A stretch of 64,000 nt of DNA from an uncultured Candidatus Saccharibacteria bacterium (GCA_964365185.1 CAYIOP010000001.1:112673-176672); one strand, 5' to 3'. Positions 1-10,941 are shown, numbered from the stretch's first letter. The notes: a model not told the origin generated them from the sequence alone. A program made the numbers and translations.

Positions 1-783
1 CACCTCCAGAATCCAGGGCAAATTGTTGATCCGCTTTTCTTGGGTGAGATTTTTGAATCCGCTTAAACCTATATAACCCTCACCAAGGTTTTCGTGGCGG
101 TCGCTGTGCGAATTAAACGCGGTTTTGGAGTCGTTGATATGGAGGGCGGTAAAATTTTCCATTCCCACTTCCCTATCCCATTCATCAAAAAGCTTCTCGA
201 TGTTTTGGGGCGTATAGGATTCTATAATTCCGGCTTCAAAAGCGTGGGCAGTATCAAAACACACTTTAGCCCTTTCGGAATTAATTTGTTTTAAAATCTC
301 GCCCACTTCTTGGGCGTTTGAACCAAGTTTTTGTCCGCCACCGGCAGAGTTTTCAAGAATGATTTTGGCCTGGCCCGGAACTTTTTTTAAAACTTCTTTT
401 ACGCCTTGAACTAAATGTTTAATCGCTTCTTCTTTGGGCGCTTCCTTGCCAGAGCCGATGTGAAAAATTAACCCTTCGGCTTGAAGACTTTCCACAATTT
501 GGAGATGAGCAGTTAAACTCATTATTGATTTAGCCCGAATCATCTCGTCGGGACTGGCTAGATTAATTAAGTAAGCGGCGTGGAGGAAAACCGGGCCGAG
601 ATTATATTTTTTTAGGCCGGTTTGGTACTTTTCGATTGCGTTTTTGTCAGGAATTTTCGCGCTCCACTGACGAGGACTAGCGCCAAAAATTTGGAGAGCT
701 TGAGCACCAATGCGAGCGGCGTTTTCCGCCGCCAGATAAAGACCGCCGGCAGTTGAGGCGTGAGCGCCGATTACGGGTTTCAT
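1..783 (-). CDS. nfo: Endonuclease IV (AP endonuclease family 2). Partial; the 3' end runs past the window start
   Basis: Reverse translation from the ATG at 783-781 gives MKPVIGAHASTAGGLYLAAENAARIGAQALQIF...HINDSKTAFNSHSDRHENLGEGYIG. This matches the Nfo/xylose-isomerase-like TIM barrel metal-binding pattern. No in-frame stop before position 1. Confidence 0.75.
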   Translation of the reverse strand, partial: MKPVIGAHASTAGGLYLAAENAARIGAQALQIFGASPRQWSAKIPDKNAIEKYQTGLKKYNLGPVFLHAAYLINLASPDEMIRAKSIMSLTAHLQIVESLQAEGLIFHIGSGKEAPKEEAIKHLVQGVKEVLKKVPGQAKIILENSAGGGQKLGSNAQEVGEILKQINSERAKVCFDTAHAFEAGIIESYTPQNIEKLFDEWDREVGMENFTALHINDSKTAFNSHSDRHENLGEGYIGLSGFKNLTQEKRINNLPWILEV

Positions 784-796
784 CTTGAAATTTGAA

Positions 797-1357
797 TTAA
801 GATTTTAGCTTTTGCGCCAGCTCTAGTGTTTTTTGAATTAAATTTTTAAGTTGGTCAAGATTTTTTTGATTAGTGAGATTGCCTTCGGTATCAAAAATTT
901 CCGGAGCATTCCCGATCATAACTTGAGGTTGAGGCAAAAGTAGAACATTTAAAGAAGTCATAATTTGTCGTAGATGGGGCTGGCTGCGTAAAGTACCGTA
1001 AGGGCCGCTGGAAGCGCCGAAAATGGCGCCGACTTTACCAGTGAATGAATTGCCCTCACGGGAGGCCCAGTCAAGGGCATTTTTGAGGCCGCCGGGAACA
1101 GAGTAGTTGTATTCTGGGGAGGCAATAAAAATAACATCGCTACCTTCGATTATTTGCTTGAATTTTTTAACCGACTCTGGAAGGCCTTGGTCTTGAATGT
1201 CTTGATCATAGATCGGTAGATTTAACGCTTTTAGATCAACTTCCTCAACCTCCACGCCAAATTCTGTCGTAAATTTTTTAGCAATTTGAAGGGCTTTTCG
1301 ATTATAAGAATCTTTTCGCAAGCTACCACTTATCATCAGAACTTTTAACTTATTCAT
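797..1357 (-). CDS. NAD(P)H-dependent FMN reductase (flavodoxin-like fold)
   Basis: MNKLKVLMISGSLRKDSYNRKALQIA N-terminus with a flavodoxin-like SGS...R motif. Confidence 0.7.
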   Translation of the reverse strand: MNKLKVLMISGSLRKDSYNRKALQIAKKFTTEFGVEVEEVDLKALNLPIYDQDIQDQGLPESVKKFKQIIEGSDVIFIASPEYNYSVPGGLKNALDWASREGNSFTGKVGAIFGASSGPYGTLRSQPHLRQIMTSLNVLLLPQPQVMIGNAPEIFDTEGNLTNQKNLDQLKNLIQKTLELAQKLKS

Positions 1358-1366
1358 TTTAAATAA

Positions 1367-1552
1367 TTATTTTTCTGGTGAAGCTGATGAATTAGATTCT
1401 TTATCTTTTACTTCTTGATGAGCGCCGTCAAGACACTGACACTCAAGGAGAGGTTGCTCTTTTTTAGAGCAATCCGCGGCTTGGCAGTTGCCCGGCTCCA
1501 TTGAGACGCCGTGGCACTCGCCGGGACATATATAATGAGCCATATTTAGCAC
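1367..1552 (-). CDS. Small Cys-rich hypothetical protein (61 aa, 8 Cys)
   Basis: Intact ORF, CPGEC...CQAADC...CQC pattern. No recognisable family. Confidence 0.35.
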   Translation of the reverse strand: MLNMAHYICPGECHGVSMEPGNCQAADCSKKEQPLLECQCLDGAHQEVKDKESNSSASPEK

Positions 1553-1645
1553 AAAGTAGTTAAATTATTTGAAGAGCACGACCTTTAAGAAAGCAGGATT
1601 TAGGATTTAGGATTGAGAATATAGCAAATAGTAAACTCAATTAAA

Positions 1646-2323
1646 TTACGAGTTTATTTTAACTTTCTTTAGAACTTGAGGCAATTTCGACAATCGAACT
1701 GCTTTTTCTTTTTTGAAATTACCAACTCTGGTTCTAGAAAGTCGGTAGAGATAAGCTCCTGTTTTTAGCTCTCGACCAATGTCTCTTGCGAGCGCTCGGA
1801 TATAAACTCCAGGGCCAGTTATAACTTTTATTTTTAGATATGGCCATTTATAACTTTCAAGTTTGATACTTTTTATTTCAACTGTCCGCGATTTAAGCTC
1901 AAACGATTCCCCTTTCCTCGCTTTTTTGTAAGCGACTTGGCCACGGAGTTTAATGGCGCTATATTTTGGCGGAATTTGGCTAATTCTGCCTTTAAACTTT
2001 TTTAGAATTTGTAAGATTTCGCTTTGGCTAGGTTTTTGCGTGATGATAATTTTTTCTTTCCTACCTTCAGCGTCGTCGGTTTCAGAATTTTCCCCTAATT
2101 TAATTAGGGCCTCATATTCCTTAATTTTTTGAACAATCGCCCCGAGTTTTTTGGTGGCTTGCCGGCCAATCCCAACAACTAACACTCCTTCTGCGAGCGG
2201 GTCCAGCGTGCCAGCGTGGCCCACTTTTTTGATGCCGGTAATGCGCCTTATTTTTTGAACAACGTCGTGTGAAGTCGGACCCTTCGGTTTCCAAACTGCG
2301 ATAATTTTACCGCCGAATTTCAT
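1646..2323 (-). CDS. truB: tRNA pseudouridine(55) synthase TruB
   Basis: GHAGTLDPLAEGVLVVGIG catalytic motif and a PUA-like C-terminus. Confidence 0.9.
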   Translation of the reverse strand: MKFGGKIIAVWKPKGPTSHDVVQKIRRITGIKKVGHAGTLDPLAEGVLVVGIGRQATKKLGAIVQKIKEYEALIKLGENSETDDAEGRKEKIIITQKPSQSEILQILKKFKGRISQIPPKYSAIKLRGQVAYKKARKGESFELKSRTVEIKSIKLESYKWPYLKIKVITGPGVYIRALARDIGRELKTGAYLYRLSRTRVGNFKKEKAVRLSKLPQVLKKVKINS

Positions 2324-2324
2324 T

Positions 2325-2810
2325 TTATGGCTGAAGGATATCCTCGCTTCGGCCGTTCACTGAAATTTTTACATCCTTAACTTCTGGAAATTGTTTTAAA
2401 GTTTCGATAATCTGAGCTCGAATGGCGCTAACCCGGCAAGAACCGCCGACTTCACGTTCAAGTTCTTCGCTAAAATCAACATTCAAAATCCCTTCCTGGA
2501 ATGAAATTTTTTGAACTTTTACGCCCAGGTTAATACTGGTAAAATAACCTGTAGATTTTTCCTTTTCTCCGGGTCCCCGCAATAAAAACTCAAGAACGGC
2601 CGTGTAAAAGTTCGTGCGATTATTATCAGCGCCGATTTGTCTTAGAACCGGAAAAACTTTAACGCAAGAAATTTCCGGGTCTAGTTGGTTATTACTGAAG
2701 AAAATTTTCAAGGAAATTTCGCTGGGGCCGGAATTTTTGTTGTTTAGAATATAAATTACCGAAAGAATTAAAAACACAACGACCAAAACAATTAAAAGTT
2801 TATATTTCAT
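2325..2810 (-). CDS. GerMN domain protein with an N-terminal TM anchor
   Basis: N-terminal hydrophobic helix and a C-terminal GerMN-like region (...SCRVSAIRAQIIETLKQFPEVKDVKISVNGRSEDI). Confidence 0.5.
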   Translation of the reverse strand: MKYKLLIVLVVVFLILSVIYILNNKNSGPSEISLKIFFSNNQLDPEISCVKVFPVLRQIGADNNRTNFYTAVLEFLLRGPGEKEKSTGYFTSINLGVKVQKISFQEGILNVDFSEELEREVGGSCRVSAIRAQIIETLKQFPEVKDVKISVNGRSEDILQP

Positions 2811-2844
2811 GAATTAAGTTTAGCACATCTAAAGTTCGCAAAAA

Positions 2845-2870
2845 AAAGACGCCTCGTAGCGTCTTTTTTT
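2845..2870. terminator. Bidirectional rho-independent terminator
   Basis: AAAGACGC-ctcgta-GCGTCTTT followed by a T7 run. Confidence 0.7.
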
Positions 2871-2895
2871 ACTCATTACTTGAGAGGGTTTAGCT

Positions 2896-3132
2896 TTATT
2901 TTGGCATTGTCGAGCCCATACCCATTGATGACCCACCAGCTGAACAGTCCTTACACCTACCCTTATGAGTGAAAAGTTCAAAAAGAGCGGCGAGACCAAC
3001 TAAAATATAAATGATTTTGCCAATCGTCATTCCCAGCCAGTCGCCCACGCCTTCGCCAAGCAACCCTACCAAAAGCCAGTTTAAACCGCCGACGATTAAC
3101 AAAATCCAAGCTAACATATGCAGACCTTTCAT
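2896..3132 (-). CDS. DUF378-like small membrane protein
   Basis: 78 aa with two TM helices and a GGLNWLLVG motif. Confidence 0.5.
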   Translation of the reverse strand: MKGLHMLAWILLIVGGLNWLLVGLLGEGVGDWLGMTIGKIIYILVGLAALFELFTHKGRCKDCSAGGSSMGMGSTMPK

Positions 3133-3287
3133 GTCGTTAAATTACTTTATTTTTTCGTAGTTTCCCGACCTTTAGAAACAATTTTTAGAACGCTTTAATT
3201 ATACCTTGATTGGAATATCTCTTGTGGAAAACTCTAAATCTATTATTAAAATTTCCTTTTTAGGAAAAAGTTTTATAATATAGCCCA

Positions 3288-3707
3288 ATGAGCAAGAATG
3301 ACTTTAGAGATTTTTTAAAGGAAAAAAGGGCTTGGTATAAAACGATTAAATCAGTTAGATGTCCTATTTTAAATGAGAAAGTGGTTTTTAATTCTAAAGG
3401 ATTTTACCATCTTCGATACGATAGTTTTGGAAAGGGAAGAAATAGAAAAGAGCAATCTTATAAAATTGGTTTGCTCCCACTTGTCATTCCAGTTATAAAA
3501 AGTGCAACTAAAATTCATGATTATAAAAAAGAGCAGTATTCAAAGCCACTTGGAAAGTATTATGAAATTTGGGAATTAAAAGAACTTGTTGGCGAAAAAA
3601 ATCCGACGTTAGTCTCTGTTGTTTTAAGAAGAATTGGCAATGGGAACATTACGTTTCTTAGTGTTTGGAAAAATAGAGATAAGAAAACAAAAAAGCCCCT
3701 GAAATAA
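3288..3707 (+). CDS. Hypothetical protein
   Basis: 139-aa ORF. A TATAAT sits 8 nt before the ATG, which suggests a leaderless mRNA. A clean terminator follows at 3692-3718 (AAAAGCCCctgaaataaGGGCTTTTTT). Confidence 0.5.
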   Translation: MSKNDFRDFLKEKRAWYKTIKSVRCPILNEKVVFNSKGFYHLRYDSFGKGRNRKEQSYKIGLLPLVIPVIKSATKIHDYKKEQYSKPLGKYYEIWELKELVGEKNPTLVSVVLRRIGNGNITFLSVWKNRDKKTKKPLK

Positions 3708-3905
3708 GGGCTTTTTTGTTGTACTCGCTTGCGGCGTATGGAAATTCCTTTAGCCGAATAAAGCTTGCGCTTCACGAGTACCGAATTATTATACTCCCGG
3801 ATCTATTAAAAAGTCAAGAAAATGGGGATAATTAGGGGAAAAACACTATTAATAATGTAGAAGAAATGGGGATTTACGCACAAAAAAAACTTGACTATTT
3901 CATTT

Positions 3906-4958
3906 CTAAAGAGAAATTAATTCTTCCCAGGGGAGGCCGATTTTGCCAAAGTGGCCGTAGGCGGCAGTGGCAAGATAAATTGGACGCCTTAAATTGAGCC
4001 GCTCAATAATGGCTTGAGGTCGAAAATCAAATTTCTCCGAGACCATTTTGCTTAAACTTTTACCATTTTCATCAATCGCCTCAACCATTAGAGGTTCGGC
4101 TCGGCCAATCGCATAAGCCACTGAAATTAAACATTCTTTGGCCAGGCCACTGGCCACCACATTTTTAGCGGCAAATCGAGCCATGTACGCGGCGGAGCGA
4201 TCAACTTTAGTCGGGTCTTTGCCGGAAAAAGCGCCGCCGCCGTGCGGAGCTAATCCACAATAAGTGTCTACCATAATTTTCCGGCCGGTTAAGCCAGCGT
4301 CGGCCTCAAAACCGCCGAGCACAAATTTACCGGTCGGATTAACCAGAATTTCAATACCTTCTATATTTTTTACTAAGGGCTTAATTAAGTTTTCAACTAA
4401 GGCGGCTCGAATTTCGGATTGATTGATATCTTCTGAGTGCTGACAACTCACTAGAATAGTTTTAACTTTCTCATCTTCCATAGTCACTTGCGATTTACCG
4501 TCCGGGCCCAGCCAAGTAAATTTTCCGCTTCGGCGCATATCTTCAAGGCCTTTGGTCAGTTTATGAACCAACCAAATGCTTTCCGGCAAGAATTCAGAGG
4601 TGCCGTCTTTAACCGCGTAGCCGTACATAATGCCTTGGTCGCCGGCGCCGCCAGTATCCACGCCTTGGGCTATATCCGGCGATTGTTTAACCACGTGAGC
4701 AATAACTTTTAAGTTGTCCTGGTAGCCAATATTTTTGTAGAGTTCGCGGGCGATATTTTCCGCGTCAAAATGAGTGTTGGTGGTTACCTCGCCGCCGATA
4801 ACCAAAAGTCCGTGGGAACCGAAGGTCTCAACTGCCACGCGGCTTTTGGGGTCGTCTTTGAGGCAGACGTCTAAAATGGCATCGGAGATTTGGTCACAAA
4901 CCTTATCCGGGTGGCCAGAGGTAACGCTCTCAACAGTGTAAATTTTAGGTCGAATCAT
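3906..4958 (-). CDS. metK: S-adenosylmethionine synthetase
   Basis: GHPDKVCDQISDAILD, GGGAFSGKDPTKVDRSAAY and the DTYGG-like motifs. Confidence 0.9.
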   Translation of the reverse strand: MIRPKIYTVESVTSGHPDKVCDQISDAILDVCLKDDPKSRVAVETFGSHGLLVIGGEVTTNTHFDAENIARELYKNIGYQDNLKVIAHVVKQSPDIAQGVDTGGAGDQGIMYGYAVKDGTSEFLPESIWLVHKLTKGLEDMRRSGKFTWLGPDGKSQVTMEDEKVKTILVSCQHSEDINQSEIRAALVENLIKPLVKNIEGIEILVNPTGKFVLGGFEADAGLTGRKIMVDTYCGLAPHGGGAFSGKDPTKVDRSAAYMARFAAKNVVASGLAKECLISVAYAIGRAEPLMVEAIDENGKSLSKMVSEKFDFRPQAIIERLNLRRPIYLATAAYGHFGKIGLPWEELISL

Positions 4959-4998
4959 TGGCTCTAAAATAGTATCGTCTATTTAAGCATTTTTAATT

Positions 4999-5634
4999 TT
5001 AAAATTCAAGTGTCTGCCCATTGTTCGGAATATGGAACTTGACGCCGAGATCGGTTAAAACCGTCTGAGGTATCCGGTGGGCGGCACCGAAAATTCTAAG
5101 CATGCCGTCGTGCACCGGAAAGCAAAATTCGGGTTTGATAATTTTACCATACTCCACGGCTTCCCGAATTTTAATCCATGGACCGGCAACCGGCAGGGCG
5201 AGAATTTTAACCGGTTTTTCGGGATTAGTGAGCGCGTCGCCGGGATAAAAAAATTGGTTAGCGATAAAATAGCCGGTGTTTTGAACCACAGTCACGGTGT
5301 CGTAGATGTCGGCGTGCTTGTCACCAAAACCTTCAATTAAAACGCCGCTAAAATTAGTGTTCTGACCGTGGACCACTTTTTCAAAAGAAATTTTTTGCTC
5401 AGCTAAAATTTTACCCACGGCATCATTGGTGATGATTTTAACTTGCGGGTTATTTTTGAGCACAGCTTTTAGCGATTCCAAGTGAAGGTGGTCGCTGTGT
5501 TCATGAGTAATCAAAATTAAATTAATTCCGATTATCTCATCTTGAAGCGCGCTGTAGTCACCCGGGTCAGTTAATATTCTTAAGTTCCCTTCATCAATTA
5601 AAAGGCAGCAGTGTCCGAGTTTAGTGATTTTCAT
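4999..5634 (-). CDS. MBL-fold metallo-hydrolase
   Basis: ITHEHSDHLH (HxHxDH) motif. Confidence 0.75.
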   Translation of the reverse strand: MKITKLGHCCLLIDEGNLRILTDPGDYSALQDEIIGINLILITHEHSDHLHLESLKAVLKNNPQVKIITNDAVGKILAEQKISFEKVVHGQNTNFSGVLIEGFGDKHADIYDTVTVVQNTGYFIANQFFYPGDALTNPEKPVKILALPVAGPWIKIREAVEYGKIIKPEFCFPVHDGMLRIFGAAHRIPQTVLTDLGVKFHIPNNGQTLEF

Positions 5635-7328
5635 TAGACGTGATTGTGATTGCGCTTAATTAAATTGAAGTCATTGGCTTTAAGTTGCTTCAGGGTAGAA
5701 GTAAAGTTGATACCTTTTTTAGAAAGAGCTTGGCCTAAGTATTGGCCAGAGGTAAAGTGCGGCAGGAGCACATAGTCCACTCCTTTTTTATATAAAGCTC
5801 TGGCGTCATTTTCAGTTTCAGCGCGAAGAATAAGTTTGGGTTTAAATTTTCTAAAATTCTTTAGGTTTTCAATGAGTCCTAAATTATCATCCAAATCCGG
5901 ACTGGTTGAAATCACTAATTTAACGCCGGACTTATCTATTTTTTCCAAGATTTCTTCGTCGCCAATATCGCCAAAAATGTAATCATATTTTTCTCTTTCC
6001 AGCTTTTCGATGACATCCGGATCAAAATCAACAATCAGTAATTCTTTTTTATTTAGAGCATGGGCGATATTTTCACCTGTACGATGACAACCGATTAAAA
6101 CAATGGATTTTTTGGCGACTTTTTCGGAAAAATCCAAAATTTTAACTTTTTTGCGCTCAAATAAAGAAAGGAGGGTTTTGAGAACGCGGAAAATTTGATG
6201 ACTATAAACAATCATATAGGCCGAAATCACGATGGTGATAACGCCAACCGCGGTGATTAAGGCGAGGTGTGAATCATTAATGTGGCCGAGTTTTAGACCC
6301 AAAACGGCTATGATTAAACTGAATTCAGAAATTTGCGCAACGGTCACGCCAGCCATAAAACTGGTCCTTTTACGATAACCCATAACGCCCATAATAATCA
6401 GCACAATTAGTGGGTTGCCGATTAATACGAATAACGAAAAAATAAGAATAGGAGTGCCGATACCATCGAGATTAGAAACGCCGAGCAAGGACCCTAAAAG
6501 AACAAAAAATATCAAGATAAAAAAGTCCCTAAGCGGCCGGATTTTGCTGGCAATCTGATGATTTTCGGAAGAATTGGCTAAAGCTAAGCCCGCTAAAAAT
6601 CCGGCAATCTCAATCGAGAAACCGATTCGACTGACCGCGGCCACCACCAAAAACATCCACATTAAACTCACTAGGAAAAGAAGTTCTTGCGACCTGGCAA
6701 TTTTGTCGAAAAGATGTGGCAAAATTTTTCGGCCAATCCAAATAGTGAAAGCAAAAAGAATTAACGCCTTAAGGATAGTGGCTAATACTCCCTGCCAAAT
6801 CAGACCAGAGCCATTTTCAATTCCTGACAAAATAACCAAAAGCAGAATCGCAACCACATCTTGAACCAGGAGAAAACCAATGGAGATTTTACCGTACAAA
6901 CTGTTTTGGTCTTTTTTGTCGGATAGAAGTTTTAAGACCACGATCGTGCTTGAAAAGGTAAGAGCAACGGCGATATAGAGCGCCGGCAGCGAGCTAAAAC
7001 CCAAGACAGTCGCAATGCCGAAGCCAATTATGGCGGTAAAAATAATTTGTCCAAGACCCACAATGAGCGCCGCTTTTCCCACTAAACGAAGAGAGGTGTA
7101 ATTGATTTCCAGGCCAACCATAAAAAGCAGGAACATAATCCCTAAATTGGAGAAAATTTGAAAAATCTCCGAATTGGCAAGATCGATATTGAAAAGTCCG
7201 AATTGCGCGATTAAAAAACCGGTGGCGATGTAAGCCAAGATAAGCGGTTGCTTAAAAAATTTAGCCACCAAGCTTAAAACCGCGGCGACTAAAATAATAA
7301 CAGCAAGGTCAAAAAAACCCGTGGGCAT
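5634..7328 (-). CDS. Monovalent cation:proton antiporter (CPA2/Kef-type) with a C-terminal RCK/TrkA-N domain
   Basis: About 12 TM helices followed by the Rossmann motif VLIGCHRTGENIAHAL. Confidence 0.85.
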   Translation of the reverse strand: MPTGFFDLAVIILVAAVLSLVAKFFKQPLILAYIATGFLIAQFGLFNIDLANSEIFQIFSNLGIMFLLFMVGLEINYTSLRLVGKAALIVGLGQIIFTAIIGFGIATVLGFSSLPALYIAVALTFSSTIVVLKLLSDKKDQNSLYGKISIGFLLVQDVVAILLLVILSGIENGSGLIWQGVLATILKALILFAFTIWIGRKILPHLFDKIARSQELLFLVSLMWMFLVVAAVSRIGFSIEIAGFLAGLALANSSENHQIASKIRPLRDFFILIFFVLLGSLLGVSNLDGIGTPILIFSLFVLIGNPLIVLIIMGVMGYRKRTSFMAGVTVAQISEFSLIIAVLGLKLGHINDSHLALITAVGVITIVISAYMIVYSHQIFRVLKTLLSLFERKKVKILDFSEKVAKKSIVLIGCHRTGENIAHALNKKELLIVDFDPDVIEKLEREKYDYIFGDIGDEEILEKIDKSGVKLVISTSPDLDDNLGLIENLKNFRKFKPKLILRAETENDARALYKKGVDYVLLPHFTSGQYLGQALSKKGINFTSTLKQLKANDFNLIKRNHNHV

Positions 7329-7984
7329 TATTGAGTGGTAAAAAATTTAACCGGAATTTTTAATTCGTCGGCGTGTTTCACAAGTCCCGAGGGATTATCC
7401 TTTTCTAAAACAAGCGTTCCTTTTTCGGTGGCTGGTTTTTGAAATTCGAGAATTGCTTCGAAGGGAACAAAATTTTCAGTCATCCACTCACCTTTAGCAT
7501 GGGCTGGTTTAATGGCTAATTCTTTACCATTGCCGTCTAAAAGTTTGACTGGAAAACTGGCCTCGAAAAACCATGTACCGCGAGCTTGTCCCTTGATTAT
7601 GAGAGGGCTATTCACAATTTGGTTAGGCGTGGGCTCAAATAACTGAATGATGGTTTGTTTTTCAAGGAGATTACCGAGGTCCTCAACAAAAACTTTTCCA
7701 TTATTTAATTGACATCTACGAGGATAACTTTCAAGTACAAGCACTCGATAACCAGCAGAAATACAATCTTCAAAATTAGAAATATGAAATGTTTTGCCGC
7801 CTAGAAGACAACTAGGAGGATAGCTTTTTTGTAGCGACCCGCCAGCATTAAGACAATCGGTAAAGGTTACAACGCCTGGGACCGGATTTTCATTATTATT
7901 TTTATTTTTAGGGCCAGGAACAAAAATTAAAATTCCAATTAAAAATGCAATAATTAGGCCAAAAACATAGACCAAAATTTTCAT
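7328..7984 (-). CDS. Secreted/anchored Ig-like (Gmad2-type) domain protein
   Basis: N-terminal TM and a C-terminal beta-rich domain (GTWFFEASFPVKLLDGNGKE...). Confidence 0.4.
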   Translation of the reverse strand: MKILVYVFGLIIAFLIGILIFVPGPKNKNNNENPVPGVVTFTDCLNAGGSLQKSYPPSCLLGGKTFHISNFEDCISAGYRVLVLESYPRRCQLNNGKVFVEDLGNLLEKQTIIQLFEPTPNQIVNSPLIIKGQARGTWFFEASFPVKLLDGNGKELAIKPAHAKGEWMTENFVPFEAILEFQKPATEKGTLVLEKDNPSGLVKHADELKIPVKFFTTQ

Positions 7985-8011
7985 AAGTATATTATAGCAT
8001 TAAATATAGGC

Positions 8012-9115
8012 TTATACACTTTCTAATTTTTCTATTCTAACGCCGATCAGGCGGATTTTTTTCTTGCTGGGATTTTCACGCTGGTCAAAAAATGGTAACA
8101 ATAATTTTAGAACCTCAAATTCTAGATTTTCCTTTGAGTGAATCGGCTCTTTTAAGGTGTGGTTTTTGGATTTAGTGATAAAACCCGAGAAGCGAACTGT
8201 GATAACAATGGTCTTAAATGAATCGAATCTAGATTCTTGAAATCGATTAAAAACCGATTCGATGAGTTGTTTCATTCTTTGAGTAATAAATTGCGCGTCA
8301 AGTGTGTCTTTGGAAAAAGTTTCTTGTTCGCCGATGGATTTGATTTCCTCAAATTCCCCAACCGGCGAGTCGTCCTTGCCTCTGATTTTTTGGTATAGCA
8401 CCATCCCCCATTTACCTAAAATTCGTTTCATTTCAGGTTCCGAGAACTTTTGGAGGTCTCGAACTTTAGCAACACCAAGTTTATTTAAAATCGTTTCGGT
8501 CTTGGGGCCAATGCCGGGAATTTTCCGAATAGTTAAATTTTCCAAAAATTTTTCTACTTTCTGCTGGCAGATTTTTTCATCATCATCGCCGATTATGGTT
8601 AAACCATCGGGTTTTTGCGCATCCGAGGCGATTTTAGCGATGAGTTTATTGGGACCAATACCAATGGAGCAGGTTAGATTTTCCTGGCTTTTGATTTTAG
8701 TTTTGATTTTTTGACAGAGAATTTCGGCTTTTTTAAATTCATTTAAAAAACTTAAATCAAAGTAAGCTTCATCGATGCTGGCTTCTTCAACAGCAGAAAC
8801 AAAATTTTTAACAATGGCAATTATTTCTCGCGAGACCTCAGTGTAGTTTTTATGATTCCCCCCGATAAAAACCGCTGCCGGCAATTTTTTGTCTTTAGCT
8901 TCCTGTGATAATTGCCAGGCCCGGCTGATGGACATAGCGGAGTGGATGCCATAGGCGCGGGCGGCATAATTCGCGGTTGAAACCACTCCCCGACCGTGAC
9001 CAGCCACCGGGTCAGCGCCGACCACAATTGGCAGGCCCTTAAGCCGAGGTCGGTCTCGCTCCTCAATCGCCGCAAAAAAAGCATCCATATCAAGATGGGC
9101 AATAATTCTATTCAT
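8012..9115 (-). CDS. dinB: DNA polymerase IV
   Basis: MNRIIAHLDMDAFFAAIEERDRPRLKGLPIVVG, Y-family palm motifs. Confidence 0.9.
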   Translation of the reverse strand: MNRIIAHLDMDAFFAAIEERDRPRLKGLPIVVGADPVAGHGRGVVSTANYAARAYGIHSAMSISRAWQLSQEAKDKKLPAAVFIGGNHKNYTEVSREIIAIVKNFVSAVEEASIDEAYFDLSFLNEFKKAEILCQKIKTKIKSQENLTCSIGIGPNKLIAKIASDAQKPDGLTIIGDDDEKICQQKVEKFLENLTIRKIPGIGPKTETILNKLGVAKVRDLQKFSEPEMKRILGKWGMVLYQKIRGKDDSPVGEFEEIKSIGEQETFSKDTLDAQFITQRMKQLIESVFNRFQESRFDSFKTIVITVRFSGFITKSKNHTLKEPIHSKENLEFEVLKLLLPFFDQRENPSKKKIRLIGVRIEKLESV

Positions 9116-9278
9116 TTTTTTACCTTGATATGGATGAAGGAAAGGGGTCGGGAAAATAGGAAGTTTTCCCGTGTGGGAATCCGCCAGCTGGCGGAACTAA
9201 AAACCGAGAGGTTGTTAGGGAGCTTGATTTACTCAAGCGACCATTCATATCGAGATGAGCGATGATTCTCATAAAGAA

Positions 9279-10941
9279 TCATTCCTTTTTTATACGATCC
9301 AGCGCGTAATTTAAATTGCCGTTCACTTTTTTGCCGGGATTAAAGATATTTTGCGGGTCAAAAATTTTTTTAACTTCTTCGAAGAGTTTCAACATCTGCG
9401 GTGGAAACATTTTGTTTAGATACGGCGTGCGGATTAAACCATCATTATGTTCGGCGGTGATGGAGCCGCCGAATTCTTTGACTAAATCATAAACCTCCTC
9501 GGATAATTTACGGATAACGTCTTTTAAAGCGGGATTTTTGAAATCCGCGAGCGGAATAATATGAAAATTACCGCTCCCCGCGTGGCCGGCAATAGTATAA
9601 GTTAATTCCTTATATTTTGAGACGAGTTGATTTAAACGAGGCAGAAATTCCGGCATCTGCTCGGGATTTACAATCACATCATCAATGAAAGGCGCGGTGT
9701 GGCGGCCTTTGATTTTTTGACGAAGCAAATTAAAACTTTCACGGCGAATGGTCCAGTATTCCTCTTCTTCAACACGGCTGCGGGTTAAATGAACCCTATA
9801 TCTTTTGGCTTTTAATTCTTGCGCCAGCGCCTCCGCGGCTTTTCTGACTTCGAGGTCGCTCTCGCCGGCGAATTCGGCTAGTAGCACCATTTTAGGAAAA
9901 CCAAAAGTTAAAACCATCCAGAGGTCAGGCAGAAAGGCAAGAAAAAGTTTCAGTAAGCTTTGGTTTTTTTGACGAAGCGATTTTACTAAATCCGGCAGAA
10001 ATTTAAACGCCAACCACAAAGTTTTGTCGTCATAGGATTCTAAACTTTCGGGCTGAAATTTTAAAATAATATTGACCAGTTTTCCAACTTGGCTAATATC
10101 CCGCAGAAAAATCACAGCCATACGGGAATGGGACTTCACTTTCACGAGTCGGAGTTTGGCTTCAGTAATGATGCCAAGAGTTCCTTGTGAGCCCACGATT
10201 AATTTGGCTAGATCAAAATATTTACCATCGTAGACCTCCCAAAGAAAATAGCCGGCGGAGTTTTTAGAAACTTTAGGTCGAGAATCCCAAATTAATTTTT
10301 GATTTTTTTTGACGATTGCCCAAATTTTTTTATAGATCTGGCCCTCGAAATTTCTTTGATTTATTTTTTTCTTAAGTTCAAATTCGTCGAGCGGCCGGAT
10401 AGTATATTCATTGCCGTCTGATAAAACTACTTTTAGCTCCATTACATAATCTTTGGTTTCGCCGTAAGCTAAGCTTTTTTCTCCGGCGGAGTTATTCGCG
10501 ACTATGCCGCCCATGGCGCAGAGTTCGCGCGAGGCCGGATACACCGGATAAATTAAATCTTTTTTTAAGGTTTCTTTTTCAAAATCCCGATAATAAACGC
10601 CGGGTTCAACCACGGCGTAGCCGCCTTCATCACCAAGTAGATAGTGAATTTCTTTAGTATGGTTAAAATATTTCTGGAACCCAATAACAATGGACTCGGT
10701 GAGCGATCCGCCGGTCATATCCGTGCCGGCTGAGCGAGCTGAAAGTGAAATCTTTTTATTTCGTTTTTTCTTAGTGGAGACGAATTTAACCAAGTTTTTA
10801 ACATCTTCAACGTTCCTGGGAAAAACTACCAGTTCGGGTTTGATTTTAAAAATACTGGCGTCCTCGCTGAATTTGTCGAGCGTCGGTTCGTCATCTAAAA
10901 CCTCCCCTTGAAAAAACTTTTTGACTTCTTCCTTTAACATT
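9279..10941 (-). CDS. FAD-linked oxidase (GlcD/D-lactate dehydrogenase family)
   Basis: FAD-binding PCMH N-domain and a GHAGSGNFH C-terminal motif. The longest ORF extends to 11009 but overlaps the next gene; the likely start is the MLKEEV Met at 10941. Confidence 0.8.

Noticed and set aside
4488-4712. Antisense ORFs lying entirely inside well-supported genes, e.g. 4488-4712 in metK, 5077-5340, 6574-6864, 8304-8714, 18228-18482, 19512-19748, 22610-22941, 33879-34193, 37437-37844, 44233-44811, 50942-52439, 55166-56162
   Set aside because: Each is on the opposite strand of a gene with clear family motifs. None has an SD or conserved motifs. Their composition is typical of antisense frames.
9116-9278. 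Palindrome TCCGCCAGCTGGCGGA upstream of dinB as another member of the GGAGG-palindrome family
   Set aside because: It shares only the GGCGGA half with one variant, and the overall architecture (a single hairpin) differs. It may be an unrelated terminator or operator, so I did not count it.
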